This document shows, piece by piece, positions 10,672-19,587 of a DNA stretch of 64,000 nucleotides. The translations under genes were made by a program, and so were the position numbers. The notes beneath the pieces are model-generated. The model saw only the letters and a list, made by a program, of their open reading frames with translations. It did not search any database and was not told where the DNA came from. Each line of letters opens with the position of its first letter. Within the stretch, counting starts at the first letter, position 1. This stretch comes from an uncultured bacterium. Lineage in GTDB: Bacteria; Actinomycetota; Acidimicrobiia; Spongiisociales; UBA5794. The stretch lies in contig CAWDDT010000013.1 in assembly GCA_963801165.1 (NCBI GenBank), positions 96,001 to 160,000 on the forward strand, read 5' to 3'.

Positions 10672-10712
10672 TATCAGCATGCTTACACATTATAAGTATG
10701 CTTATAATGTGT
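10672..10712. promoter_or_regulatory. Palindromic operator between VOC and MarR genes
   Basis: Perfect 12-bp inverted repeat ACACATTATAAG-tatg-CTTATAATGTGT (10685-10712) plus an adjacent degenerate core ATCAGCATGCTTA. Confidence 0.75.
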
Positions 10713-10714
10713 CA

Positions 10715-11143
10715 ATGACGGAGACCCAGCGGCGACTCGGATACCTGCTGAAGCGGGCCCAGAGTGCGTTCCGGCTTCGAATGGATCGTGCCCTCGACGA
10801 CATCGGGCTCACGACGTCGCAGTACGCCGTCCTGGCCGCTCTCGAAGAGGAGCCTGGCCTGTCCAACGCTGACCTGGCACGCCGATCGTTCGTTAGCCCG
10901 CAGACCATGATCAGGATTGTGGCGGCTCTCGAGGATCGCTCCCTGCTCACCAGGCAAGCCCGAACGGACAACGCAAGGGTTCGTGCAGCCACGGTCACCG
11001 ACGAGGGGCGGCGGCTGCTCCGTAGCGCTCACCTGGTGGTCGAGGAGATTGAGACGGCGATGACGCAGGGGCTCACGCGCATTGAGCTGGACCAGCTCAC
11101 CACGAGCCTCGACAGCCTGACAAAACGGCTCGAGGATGGCTGA
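10715..11143 (+). CDS. MarR-family transcriptional regulator
   Basis: GLTTSQYAVLAAL, SNADLARRSFVSPQTM, TDEGRRLL winged helix; start ATG 10715. Confidence 0.9.
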   Translation: MTETQRRLGYLLKRAQSAFRLRMDRALDDIGLTTSQYAVLAALEEEPGLSNADLARRSFVSPQTMIRIVAALEDRSLLTRQARTDNARVRAATVTDEGRRLLRSAHLVVEEIETAMTQGLTRIELDQLTTSLDSLTKRLEDG

Positions 11144-11153
11144 GCGCACCTGA

Positions 11154-11873
11154 TCAGATGTTGAGGTTGAAGAGAATCGCGATGGAGGCGAGCATGTTCA
11201 CCCCGGCGTGCGTGGCGACTGACAGGCCGATCCGCCCGGTGTACAGCGCCTGGTAACCGAGAACGAGACCGATCACGAATAACCCCGGCACCGCAAAGGC
11301 GGCGTTCGGATCGATCAGGTGGATGCCGGCAAAGACGGCTGCCGAGATCACAACGGCGGCGTGCGGCTTGAAATCGCGCCGCACCCGCGACAGGAGGACA
11401 CCGCGAAAGAGCAGCTCCTCGGTGAGCGGCGCGACCATCACCAGCACGACGAACACCAGGATCTTGGTCAGTGGCGACGACGCCTCCCCGGCGATGGTCG
11501 CGACGTCCTGCTCGGGCGGGTTCTCGAGATGCAGCAGCCAGGCGATGGGTATCTGGACCGCCACAACGACGGCGAGCTGCAACATGACACCGTAGAAGAC
11601 CCCGATGGCATCCCGGGCCTCGAAACGGAACCCGAAGTCGAGGTCCCACGAGGAGGTTCCCCGCGATTTCGACATGTAGGTGAGCATGGCGAGCTCCACC
11701 AGCGCCTGCCCGCTCGACGACAGCAGCAACAGCGGGACATCGGCGAGCTGGTTGCCGCCGTTGAGCGGTATGGCCAGCGTGATGATGATGAGCGACCCGA
11801 CCAATCCCCCGAAGAACACTGCAATGGCATCCGGGTAGGTCCACACGCTCGACGGGAGGTATGTGTCCTTCAT
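11154..11873 (-). CDS. CPBP (CAAX protease/Abi) intramembrane glutamic endopeptidase
   Basis: APLTEELLFRG, FAGIH, HAGVN motifs; multiple TM helices. Confidence 0.9.
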   Translation of the reverse strand: MKDTYLPSSVWTYPDAIAVFFGGLVGSLIIITLAIPLNGGNQLADVPLLLLSSSGQALVELAMLTYMSKSRGTSSWDLDFGFRFEARDAIGVFYGVMLQLAVVVAVQIPIAWLLHLENPPEQDVATIAGEASSPLTKILVFVVLVMVAPLTEELLFRGVLLSRVRRDFKPHAAVVISAAVFAGIHLIDPNAAFAVPGLFVIGLVLGYQALYTGRIGLSVATHAGVNMLASIAILFNLNI

Positions 11874-12304
11874 GTCGCGCCGCGCTCGAGAACAGCGGCA
11901 GCGACACGGCGTGCCTCGACCTCGAGACGGATCGCCCGATACGCCTCCCAATGACCGAGCCGATGCCAGCGTCCCCGGAGATAGTCACCTAGATACTGGG
12001 CCAGATGACGAGCGGCCCCCAGACGCCGCCATTGCTCTATGTGCATCAACTCGTGAACGATGAGCGTGGCCGACCGCTCGGGCTCAACACCCATGCGGAG
12101 CCGCTCCATGACCTCCGGTTGCACGAAGACGCCGAACGGCAACGAAACGGCGGCGATCCCTTTCGCCCAGAACCTGCGGAACAGTGGTGAGGCCACCCGC
12201 ACGGCCACGGTGCCGGGGTCGACCCGCGGCATGCACGCACGCAACGCATCGGGGTCGACACCGGTGGCACGCAAGAGATCGGCTGCGGGGGCGACTTCGT
12301 ACAT
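11870..12304 (-). CDS. Small HExxH metalloprotease-like protein (DUF4157-like)
   Basis: LIVHELMHIEQW...YRAIRLEVEAR; ATGA overlap with the CPBP gene. Confidence 0.65.
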   Translation of the reverse strand: MYEVAPAADLLRATGVDPDALRACMPRVDPGTVAVRVASPLFRRFWAKGIAAVSLPFGVFVQPEVMERLRMGVEPERSATLIVHELMHIEQWRRLGAARHLAQYLGDYLRGRWHRLGHWEAYRAIRLEVEARRVAAAVLERGAT

Positions 12305-12405
12305 GGGGTTGCAGCGTACCCGCGATTCGCCGGCTCGGAGTCCGGAGTCTGGTCGACGTATGGCACCGCGCCTACCATGGCGCCTTCGACCGCCCGAGGC
12401 AGGGA

Positions 12406-15150
12406 ATGGACTACCAACACCAAGAGATCGAGCAGCGCTGGCAGCAGGATTGGGAGCGGGACGGCCTCTACCGCAGCGAGGTCGATTGGTCGCGGCCGAA
12501 GCACTACGCCCTGACCATGCTCCCCTACCCGTCCGGCGATCTCCACATGGGCCACTGGTATGCGATGACGCCCTCCGACGCCAGGGCCCGGTTGATGCGG
12601 ATGAAGGGCTACAACGTTCTGTTCCCGATCGGGTTCGACGCATTCGGCCTCCCTGCCGAGAACGCGGCGGTGCAGCGCAACGTCCACCCGGCGAAGTGGA
12701 CGTACCAGAACATCGAGCGAATGCGGCAGCAACTGCGGTCGATGGGGGCGATGTTCGATTGGGAGCGCGAAGCGGTCAGCTGCGACCCCGAGTATTACGA
12801 GTGGACCGAGTGGTTCTTCAAGCGGATGTTCGAGAGCGACATCGCCTACCGGGGCGAGGCGATGGTGAACTGGTCCGAGACGCTGCAAACCGTGCTGGCG
12901 AACGAGCAGGTCATCGACGGCAAGGACGAGCGCACCGGCCAGCCGGTGGTCCAGAAGATGATGGAGCAGTGGTTCTTCGCCCTGACCGGGTACGCAGATG
13001 AGCTGCTCGATTTCGAGGGCATCGACTGGCCCGATCCCATCCGGATGATGCAGACCAACTGGATCGGCCGCTCCGAAGGCGCCGAGGTGACCTTTGCCAC
13101 CACGACCGGCGACGACATGGTCGTATTCACCACCCGGCCCGACACCCTGTGGGGCGCCACCTTCATGGTGCTCTCCCCCGAGCATCCCCTCGTCGACAAG
13201 CTCACCACGAACGAGCACCGAACCTCCGTCGAGGAGTACCGGAGGATGGCGGCTGCCCAGACCGAGCTGGAGCGAATGGAGGAAAGCCGGGAGAAGACCG
13301 GCGTCTTCACGGGAGGGTACGCCGTCAACCCGGTCAACAAGGAGCGCATCCCGGTATGGATCGCCGACTACGTGCTTGTCTCGTACGGGACCGGGGCCAT
13401 CATGGCGGTCCCCGCTCACGACGAGCGAGATTTCGAGTTTGCCCGCAAGTTCGGGCTGAGCATCGTCCCTGTGATCCATCCGGCCGGCTCTGGTCCCCTC
13501 GACGAGCCGGCCATGACCGGGGCATACGTCGGCGCCGGGGTGATGGTCAACAGCGGCCCGATCGACGGTATCGAGACCACCGAGGGCAAGGGCCGCGCCA
13601 ACCCGTCAGTCGCCGCGGCCATCGACTGGCTCGAGGAGCACGGCGCCGGGAAGGAGGCGATCAACTACCGCGTGCGTGACTGGCTGATCTCCCGCCAGCG
13701 GTACTGGGGCTCGCCTATTCCGATGATCCACCGCCAGGACGGGCGCATCGAGGCGGTCGCCGATCTACCGGTGATCCTCCCCGAGGATGTCGAGTTCTCG
13801 GGTAGGAGCCCGCTGGCGGAGCTGCCGGAGTTCGTCGACACCGTTGATTCCGATGGGAACCCGGCGCGGCGGGAGACCGACACGATGGACACCTTCATGT
13901 GCTCGTCGTGGTACTGGTTCCGCTACCTGTCGCCGCACTACAACAGCGCCCCCTTCGACCCCGAAGAGGCGGCGTACTGGCTTCCCGTCGACGTCTACAC
14001 CGGTGGCGCCGAGCACGCCGTCATGCATCTGCTCTACGCCCGGTTCTTCGTCAAGGCGATGCGTGACATGGGTGTGTTCGATGACACCGCGGCTGCGATG
14101 CGCGAACACGATCGGGATCCCGATGGATTGTTCGACGAGCCGTTCCTCATGTTGCGTAACCAGGGCCAGGTGCTCGGTGCCGAGCGTCTCGGTGATCGGC
14201 TGGTCATCAACGGCGGGTGGGATCAGGGACGGCTGGTCGCCGCTTCGGTGCGCGTCGACGACGCCGCTGCGCACGATGCGGGCGACGTCGTCGGTGAGCT
14301 GATGCGCCGCACCGAGAACCTGCTCCAGGTGGCCACCGACAATGGCCTGGTCGGTGTCGAGGTACCCGCCGCGACGCCGGTCGAGATACCGTCCATCCCC
14401 GGCACCAACGACGTAACCCAGCTCAAGCACCATCTCGAGATCCAACGGATGTCGAAATCGAAGGGCAACGTGGTCAACCCCGACGAGCTGGTCGTCGAAT
14501 ACGGTGCCGACACGGTCCGGACCCATCTCATGTTCGCTTTCGAGTGGCAGAAAGGCGGACCGTGGGACAGCCGCGGCATCGCCGGTTCACGCCGTTTCAT
14601 CGAGGACGTATGGAGGCTCGGCACCTCCCGGTACACCCCCGGTTCGGTCACCGACGAGGCCTCCGGTGATCTGCGCCGCACGGTGCATCAGACGATCGCC
14701 AAGGTCGACCGAGACATGGCCGACTTCAAGTGGAACACATCGGTGGCGGCGCTGATGACGCTGCGCAATACCATGCTCGATTCGTTACGGGCCACCGACG
14801 TGACGACAGGCGTGTGGACCGAAGCGCTGGAGACGCTGCTGAAGCTGCTGGCGCCGATCGCCCCGCACATCACCGAGGAGCTGTGGCACCAGCTCGGCCA
14901 CACCGACTCGATCCACGTCCAGCGCTGGCCGGAGTCGGATCCCGAGGTCGCCGCCGAGGACGTGGTCACCATGGTGGTGCAGGTAAACGGCAAGGTAAGG
15001 GACCGCGTCGAGGTGTCCGCCTCCATATCCGAAGACGATGCCACCGCCGCTGCCCTGGCCGCCGCAAAGATCCAGCCATGGCTGGAGCAGGGTCAGGTGC
15101 ACAAAGTAATCGCCCGCCCCCCGAGGCTGGTCAACATCGTCGTCGGTTGA
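12406..15150 (+). CDS. leuS: Leucine--tRNA ligase
   Basis: PYPSGDLHMGH, FTTRPDT, GTGAIMAVPAHDERD, DWLISRQRYWG, RMSKSKGN, VQVNGKVR; start ATG 12406. Confidence 0.97.
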   Translation: MDYQHQEIEQRWQQDWERDGLYRSEVDWSRPKHYALTMLPYPSGDLHMGHWYAMTPSDARARLMRMKGYNVLFPIGFDAFGLPAENAAVQRNVHPAKWTYQNIERMRQQLRSMGAMFDWEREAVSCDPEYYEWTEWFFKRMFESDIAYRGEAMVNWSETLQTVLANEQVIDGKDERTGQPVVQKMMEQWFFALTGYADELLDFEGIDWPDPIRMMQTNWIGRSEGAEVTFATTTGDDMVVFTTRPDTLWGATFMVLSPEHPLVDKLTTNEHRTSVEEYRRMAAAQTELERMEESREKTGVFTGGYAVNPVNKERIPVWIADYVLVSYGTGAIMAVPAHDERDFEFARKFGLSIVPVIHPAGSGPLDEPAMTGAYVGAGVMVNSGPIDGIETTEGKGRANPSVAAAIDWLEEHGAGKEAINYRVRDWLISRQRYWGSPIPMIHRQDGRIEAVADLPVILPEDVEFSGRSPLAELPEFVDTVDSDGNPARRETDTMDTFMCSSWYWFRYLSPHYNSAPFDPEEAAYWLPVDVYTGGAEHAVMHLLYARFFVKAMRDMGVFDDTAAAMREHDRDPDGLFDEPFLMLRNQGQVLGAERLGDRLVINGGWDQGRLVAASVRVDDAAAHDAGDVVGELMRRTENLLQVATDNGLVGVEVPAATPVEIPSIPGTNDVTQLKHHLEIQRMSKSKGNVVNPDELVVEYGADTVRTHLMFAFEWQKGGPWDSRGIAGSRRFIEDVWRLGTSRYTPGSVTDEASGDLRRTVHQTIAKVDRDMADFKWNTSVAALMTLRNTMLDSLRATDVTTGVWTEALETLLKLLAPIAPHITEELWHQLGHTDSIHVQRWPESDPEVAAEDVVTMVVQVNGKVRDRVEVSASISEDDATAAALAAAKIQPWLEQGQVHKVIARPPRLVNIVVG

Positions 15151-15156
15151 CAACGG

Positions 15157-15537
15157 TCAAGTCACCAGCGCGACCAGCAGCGCCAGCAAAGGTGCGAGCC
15201 CCTGAAGCAGCGCACCCCGGAGCAGACGTCGATCCGAAACGACCAGGACGATCGCAGCACCGATCATGAACAGGGCGGTGAAAACCAGCAACTCGTCATG
15301 TGATCTCGTGACGACGTCGCTGCTGTAGACGATCCCGGTGAATGCTCCCAGGGCGAGGAAGAGGTTGTAGAAGCCCTGGTTGAGAAGGGCGGGGGCCATC
15401 ACGTCGGCCTGGCCCGGGTCGGTGATGCCAAAGACCCTGTGCACCCGGGGTCGGCGCCACAAGACGCTCTCCATGACGAAGAAACCGACATGGATCGCCC
15501 CGGCAACACCCATCAGGATCAGCGACAACAACGGCAT
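15157..15537 (-). CDS. DUF1304 family membrane protein
   Basis: IHVGFFVMES...NQGFYNLFLA...LLQG motif pattern. Confidence 0.8.
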   Translation of the reverse strand: MPLLSLILMGVAGAIHVGFFVMESVLWRRPRVHRVFGITDPGQADVMAPALLNQGFYNLFLALGAFTGIVYSSDVVTRSHDELLVFTALFMIGAAIVLVVSDRRLLRGALLQGLAPLLALLVALVT

Positions 15538-15584
15538 GTGAGAACCCTAGCCGGGCTCTTTTCCCGCCGCTCCCGGCAGCCCTA

Positions 15585-16436
15585 TCAACGCCAGCTGTCC
15601 CGCGCAGACCCCGCCAGCGGGTAGTCGTCCGCCGACAGGTACAAGAAGCAGGTGAACTCCCTGGCGGCGCCGTCCCACGCTGTCTCATCGACGGTAAACG
15701 GCTCGGCGGTGAACGCCGAGAGGTTTCCCGGGACTCCAACGAATGACGTCACCGCAGAGGCGCACGAGCCGGCTGCGGCCTCCTCGTACGCGTTGTAGTC
15801 GCCTCCCGCTGCCTCACCTGCGAAATAGACCTCGCCGAAGTGGCCGGATTCGCACGGGACCACCTCGATCTGGTCGGGTCGAGCGACGTCTGCGACGAAC
15901 GGGTAGGCAAAGCACGTTCCGACCGGGGCATTTGCCGGCACGATGACGGCTCCTGGATCGGGGACGGTGGCCGCGGTCACCGGCGACAGCGTCAGGAGGT
16001 AGTTGTCGCCGCAGCGACCGTCCACGATTCTGCCCACGTCGCCGCCTACTCCCTTCGCCGACACCCACGCCCCTGAGGAATCGGAGAAGATCGAGGGCGG
16101 AATGTATAGCGCCTCCACGCACCAGTTGTTTGCATCACCGACGAGGAAGAAGGTTCTGGCAATGGTCGAATCAGCCCGCGGTACTGCCGTCGACTCGACC
16201 AGGAAGTCGGGCCCCCAGATCACGTCGCCGTCGCCCGACACCCCGGGCGTCACCGTGACCCTCGGCAATCGGCCGGCGCTCACCACGTAGTCGGCAATGG
16301 CGGTGCCGAGCGCGCCAACATCGGCGCGCGCCGAGCGCTCCGCTGGTGACGTCAGCACGAACCACGACAGGGAAGCGATCACGGCGACCACGGCGACCGC
16401 CGCTATCCCCACCACCGCCATTGTGCCCCGCCTCAC
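15585..16436 (-). CDS. Membrane-anchored protein with C-terminal septum-formation-family (Cys-rich) domain
   Basis: N-terminal TM; C-terminal VGTCF...VVPCESGHFGEVY...WDGAAREFTCFL...GSAR pattern. Confidence 0.6.
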   Translation of the reverse strand: MRRGTMAVVGIAAVAVVAVIASLSWFVLTSPAERSARADVGALGTAIADYVVSAGRLPRVTVTPGVSGDGDVIWGPDFLVESTAVPRADSTIARTFFLVGDANNWCVEALYIPPSIFSDSSGAWVSAKGVGGDVGRIVDGRCGDNYLLTLSPVTAATVPDPGAVIVPANAPVGTCFAYPFVADVARPDQIEVVPCESGHFGEVYFAGEAAGGDYNAYEEAAAGSCASAVTSFVGVPGNLSAFTAEPFTVDETAWDGAAREFTCFLYLSADDYPLAGSARDSWR

Positions 16437-16551
16437 CCGGACACCGTCGCAGGAGAACCGGGCAGATCAGCAGTCATCAGGCTCCTCGCCCGATCCAGCA
16501 GGGAATCCGGTCGGGGCCGCCGGTTAGTCGCAGATCCTTTTCACGGGGATT

Positions 16552-16743
16552 CTACCTGAACTCGGGATTGGCGTTCATGCTCGCCAGCGGGTCACGTTTG
16601 GATCCCGGCTTGCCCGTGACGTAGTAGCTCCCGTCAAAGTGCTGGAAGACGATCTCAATCCGGTGATTTCTTCCGATCCTCGCACCGAGTGTCGTGATTT
16701 CGACCACGCCGCCGTCGAGAGCGTTGTTGACTGCCTTGTCCAT
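16552..16743 (-). pseudogene. Truncated deazaflavin-dependent nitroreductase-like (DUF385-type) fragment
   Basis: VEITTLGARIGRNHRIEI...YVTGKPGSKRD...NANPEF then TAG at codon 64; about half the normal family length. Confidence 0.5.
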
Positions 16744-16808
16744 ACGGCTTTGAACCGCACCGAGTCAACGTTTTCCTCGACCGCCGGGCCGTCCCTGCTA
16801 ATCGGTAC

Positions 16809-17675
16809 TTAGCCGGCGACAACAACCACAAGGACCCCTGCTGCGACGACGAGAGTCGACACCGCAGCGAAAGTCGTGACGGCATAGTTGTGGTTTCGGG
16901 CGGCTCCCAGCAGTATGAGGGCCGGAATCAGCCCCGCCGCAACCGCCAACCCGGCCCCTGCAGCGATCCCACCCATAGCTACACCCATCACCGCGATGAC
17001 CGCTGCCAATACCAGCATGATGGCGATCAATCGACCCGATCGGGCCTCTCCGAGACGTACCCCCAGCACCCGTTTGCCGGCTGCGGCATCGGACTCGAGA
17101 TCCGGGAGTTCGAAGGCAAGCATCATCGCCATATGAACTGGGAGCAAGATACCGACTGCCCACCACAGGGCCACACTGGCCGGTGCCTGCTGAACCGCCC
17201 ACCCAATGACAGGAACCGCAACGACCACAACCGACGAAGTCGCCATTTCACCCCAACCCGTCCCGAGCAGACGAATCGGGGGCATCGAATAGCCCCAAGA
17301 GACAGCGAGAGTCATCAACCCGACGCCAGCAGCCAGCGGGGACCCAACCGCAACCACCACAGCCAGGATCACCCCGATAGTCGTTGATGCCCACGCCGCC
17401 CGCAGAGCCACCACCGGTTTGAGATCACCCGAAACTAGAACACCGCTCCCCCCGGAGAACATCGTACGCCGGTCGACCGTCCGATCAGCCTCACGATCCC
17501 CGTACTCGTTGACGAAGTGCGCCGTGATCTGCATCGAAGTGACCATGGCCTGTCCAAGTGCGTATTCGAACCAGGCGATATCGCCTGCCCCAGCCGAACC
17601 GAGCGCAAAGAGAAGCGCACCGCCCAGAAGAAAGTGCGGCCGGCTCAGTTTCACGAACGCCAAGAAAGGACCCAT
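16809..17675 (-). CDS. UbiA-family prenyltransferase (MenA-like)
   Basis: NEYGDREAD, FSGGSG, YSMPPIRL, DLESDAAAGKR motifs; many TM helices. Confidence 0.85.
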   Translation of the reverse strand: MGPFLAFVKLSRPHFLLGGALLFALGSAGAGDIAWFEYALGQAMVTSMQITAHFVNEYGDREADRTVDRRTMFSGGSGVLVSGDLKPVVALRAAWASTTIGVILAVVVAVGSPLAAGVGLMTLAVSWGYSMPPIRLLGTGWGEMATSSVVVVAVPVIGWAVQQAPASVALWWAVGILLPVHMAMMLAFELPDLESDAAAGKRVLGVRLGEARSGRLIAIMLVLAAVIAVMGVAMGGIAAGAGLAVAAGLIPALILLGAARNHNYAVTTFAAVSTLVVAAGVLVVVVAG

Positions 17676-17961
17676 CCAGGGATTGTCGCACTTCGTACCC
17701 GCCGGACGCTGCGAACCCAGCAGTGACGGGCAGTGTGGAAGGATGAGACGGTCGCGACGTTACCCGACTAGCACACAGAGGAGGTGACCCGGCACTCGAA
17801 ACCACAACCGGCTAGAAAGAAACCAACGAGGCCGACGCGGTATCACTCATAGACCACGCCGCCAGACGTGACCTACTGCTGATGCTCGGTCAATCGAGCA
17901 GGAACGACGACAGAGACGGTGCCCGTGACATGCAAGGTCTGGAGGTACCGGGAGGAGCACG

Positions 17962-18306
17962 ATGAGCAACGAACAGATGACACCTGAGACGAAAGGTGTT
18001 GCGGTGAAGCTACTTGCAACGGTTGAGCTTGGCCCTGAGATCGAGGATATGGCAGGACATCACCTTCGAATGCGCATGGTGACCATCGAGGCTGGAGGCG
18101 TTTTCGGCCCGATTCACGACCACATCGGCAGACCAGGCACCGTCTACGTACTGCAAGGAACGATCACTGATCATCGAAATGGAGTCGCCACGGACTACGG
18201 GCCGGGAGTCGGCTGGCCCGAAGATAGGAACACGACGCACTGGCTCGAGAACAGAGGAACGATTCCGGCAGTGGAGATCTCGGTAGATGTCGCAAAGCAA
18301 GAGTAA
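17962..18306 (+). CDS. Cupin domain protein
   Basis: HDHIGRPGTVYVLQGTI...WPED...HWLENRG; GGAGGAG RBS. Confidence 0.85.
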   Translation: MSNEQMTPETKGVAVKLLATVELGPEIEDMAGHHLRMRMVTIEAGGVFGPIHDHIGRPGTVYVLQGTITDHRNGVATDYGPGVGWPEDRNTTHWLENRGTIPAVEISVDVAKQE

Positions 18307-18511
18307 GGCTCAGGCCGGTGGGCTCGCAGACCCGGCCGAAGGTGGGCGCAGATGTCGGGATGACCTTGGTTGCGGCCTAGCTCGACGAAGCCGGACGCCC
18401 TTTCAATCTGCTGGAACCTCCCACGCCGGACGGCCGATGCCGCCCACATGGGCTAGACGTCGCATATCACCGAATCGTCCCACAACACGCCGGTGCCAAC
18501 CCTCGATCCGT

Positions 18512-18685
18512 ATGGTCACAACAATCGGAATCGACCCGCACAAGGCAACGCACACCGCGGTCGCTATTGATGAATCCGAGACGGTGTTGGGTCAGTTGAC
18601 GGTCCCCGCCGACCGGTATCAAACAACCCGGCTCCTGGATTGGGCTAGTCAACTCAACGGCAACGGACGTATCTGGGCAGTCGAG
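18512..18685 (+). mobile_element. IS110-family transposase N-terminal remnant
   Basis: IGIDPHKATHTAVAID...LLDWA...IWAVE is the start of the DEDD RuvC-like domain; similarity ends abruptly after ~58 codons. Confidence 0.75.
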
Positions 18686-18743
18686 GTGCTCATTATCGAG
18701 CGGGAATTGTTGACCGGCTTGGTTCGTTGGGCGAACGAGGGTA

Positions 18744-18771
18744 TTGATAGGTCAATATTCTGACCTATACT
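18744..18771 (+). promoter_or_regulatory. TA operon promoter with overlapping palindromic operator
   Basis: TTGATA-N16-TATACT with inverted repeat ATAGGTCA-N6-TGACCTAT (18747-18768); ATG lies 7 nt after the -10 box. Confidence 0.7.
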
Positions 18772-18778
18772 GGTGCGT

Positions 18779-19033
18779 ATGAGCGACACTCTCCCCTTCT
18801 CGGAAGTCAAGACACATCTCTCTGAATTGGCCGACCGGGTCGAAGTCCAACACGACCGCATCCTGGTGACTCGGAACGGCCGACCCTCATTCGTACTTAT
18901 GAGCCCCGACGACCTCGAATCCCTCGAGGAGTCACTCGACATCCTCAGAGACGATAAACTGATGAAGTCGTTACGACGATCACGCCGAGAAGCCGCCCAA
19001 GGCAAGCGAATCCGCCTTTCAGACCACGTCTGA
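18779..19033 (+). CDS. Phd/YefM-family antitoxin
   Basis: LPFSEVKTHLSELADRV...ILVTRNGRP...LESLEESLDIL. Confidence 0.92.
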   Translation: MSDTLPFSEVKTHLSELADRVEVQHDRILVTRNGRPSFVLMSPDDLESLEESLDILRDDKLMKSLRRSRREAAQGKRIRLSDHV

Positions 19034-19042
19034 GGCGACTTC

Positions 19043-19306
19043 GTGCACGAGGTCGAGATTACCCCTGAGGGTCTGCGCCACCTCAACCAACTACCCGAGA
19101 ACGTCCGCAACGCTGCCCTAGCGGCCATCCTCGGGCCTATCGCTGAGAATCCTCAGCGGCTCGGGAAACCACTGCTCGGCGAACTCGAAGGGCTCCACGC
19201 TGCCCGACGCGGTGACTATCGCATCATCTACGAGATCTTCGAGGACGAAGACACCGTCCTAATCCACAGGATTCAGCACCGCCGTGACGTATACCGACCA
19301 AGGTGA
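19043..19306 (+). CDS. RelE/ParE-family toxin
   Basis: NPQRLGKPL...ARRGDYRIIYEI...IQHRRDVYR; directly follows the antitoxin. Confidence 0.92.
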   Translation: MHEVEITPEGLRHLNQLPENVRNAALAAILGPIAENPQRLGKPLLGELEGLHAARRGDYRIIYEIFEDEDTVLIHRIQHRRDVYRPR

Positions 19307-19587
19307 CCGACCACTGCAATGCACGAGGCCGTGTGCATCCTTGGAAGGAGCCAGCGGTGGGCACCCTGCCATCGCCACCCTGAGTGGCCACCGTGCCAAC
19401 ATATCTAGTGATCTGGTGCGGGTGCGTTCGGGTGCGTGCGGCAAGGTCCTGTCACAGGTTGTCGTCCTTGCAGAGGGCGGGGGATCTCTCCGAAGCTGTT
19501 GGGCACGTTCATGTCTGACTCATCGTGCGGACAACCTGCACGCCTTGTCACATTGACGAGCCTCCACGGCGACTATTCACGACCCTT

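Noticed and set aside
12046-13479. Long antisense ORFs (also 37975..39471, 28497..29612, 26186..27331, 41501..42520)
   Set aside because: Shadow frames of well-supported genes, expected in high-GC DNA; no recognisable motifs.
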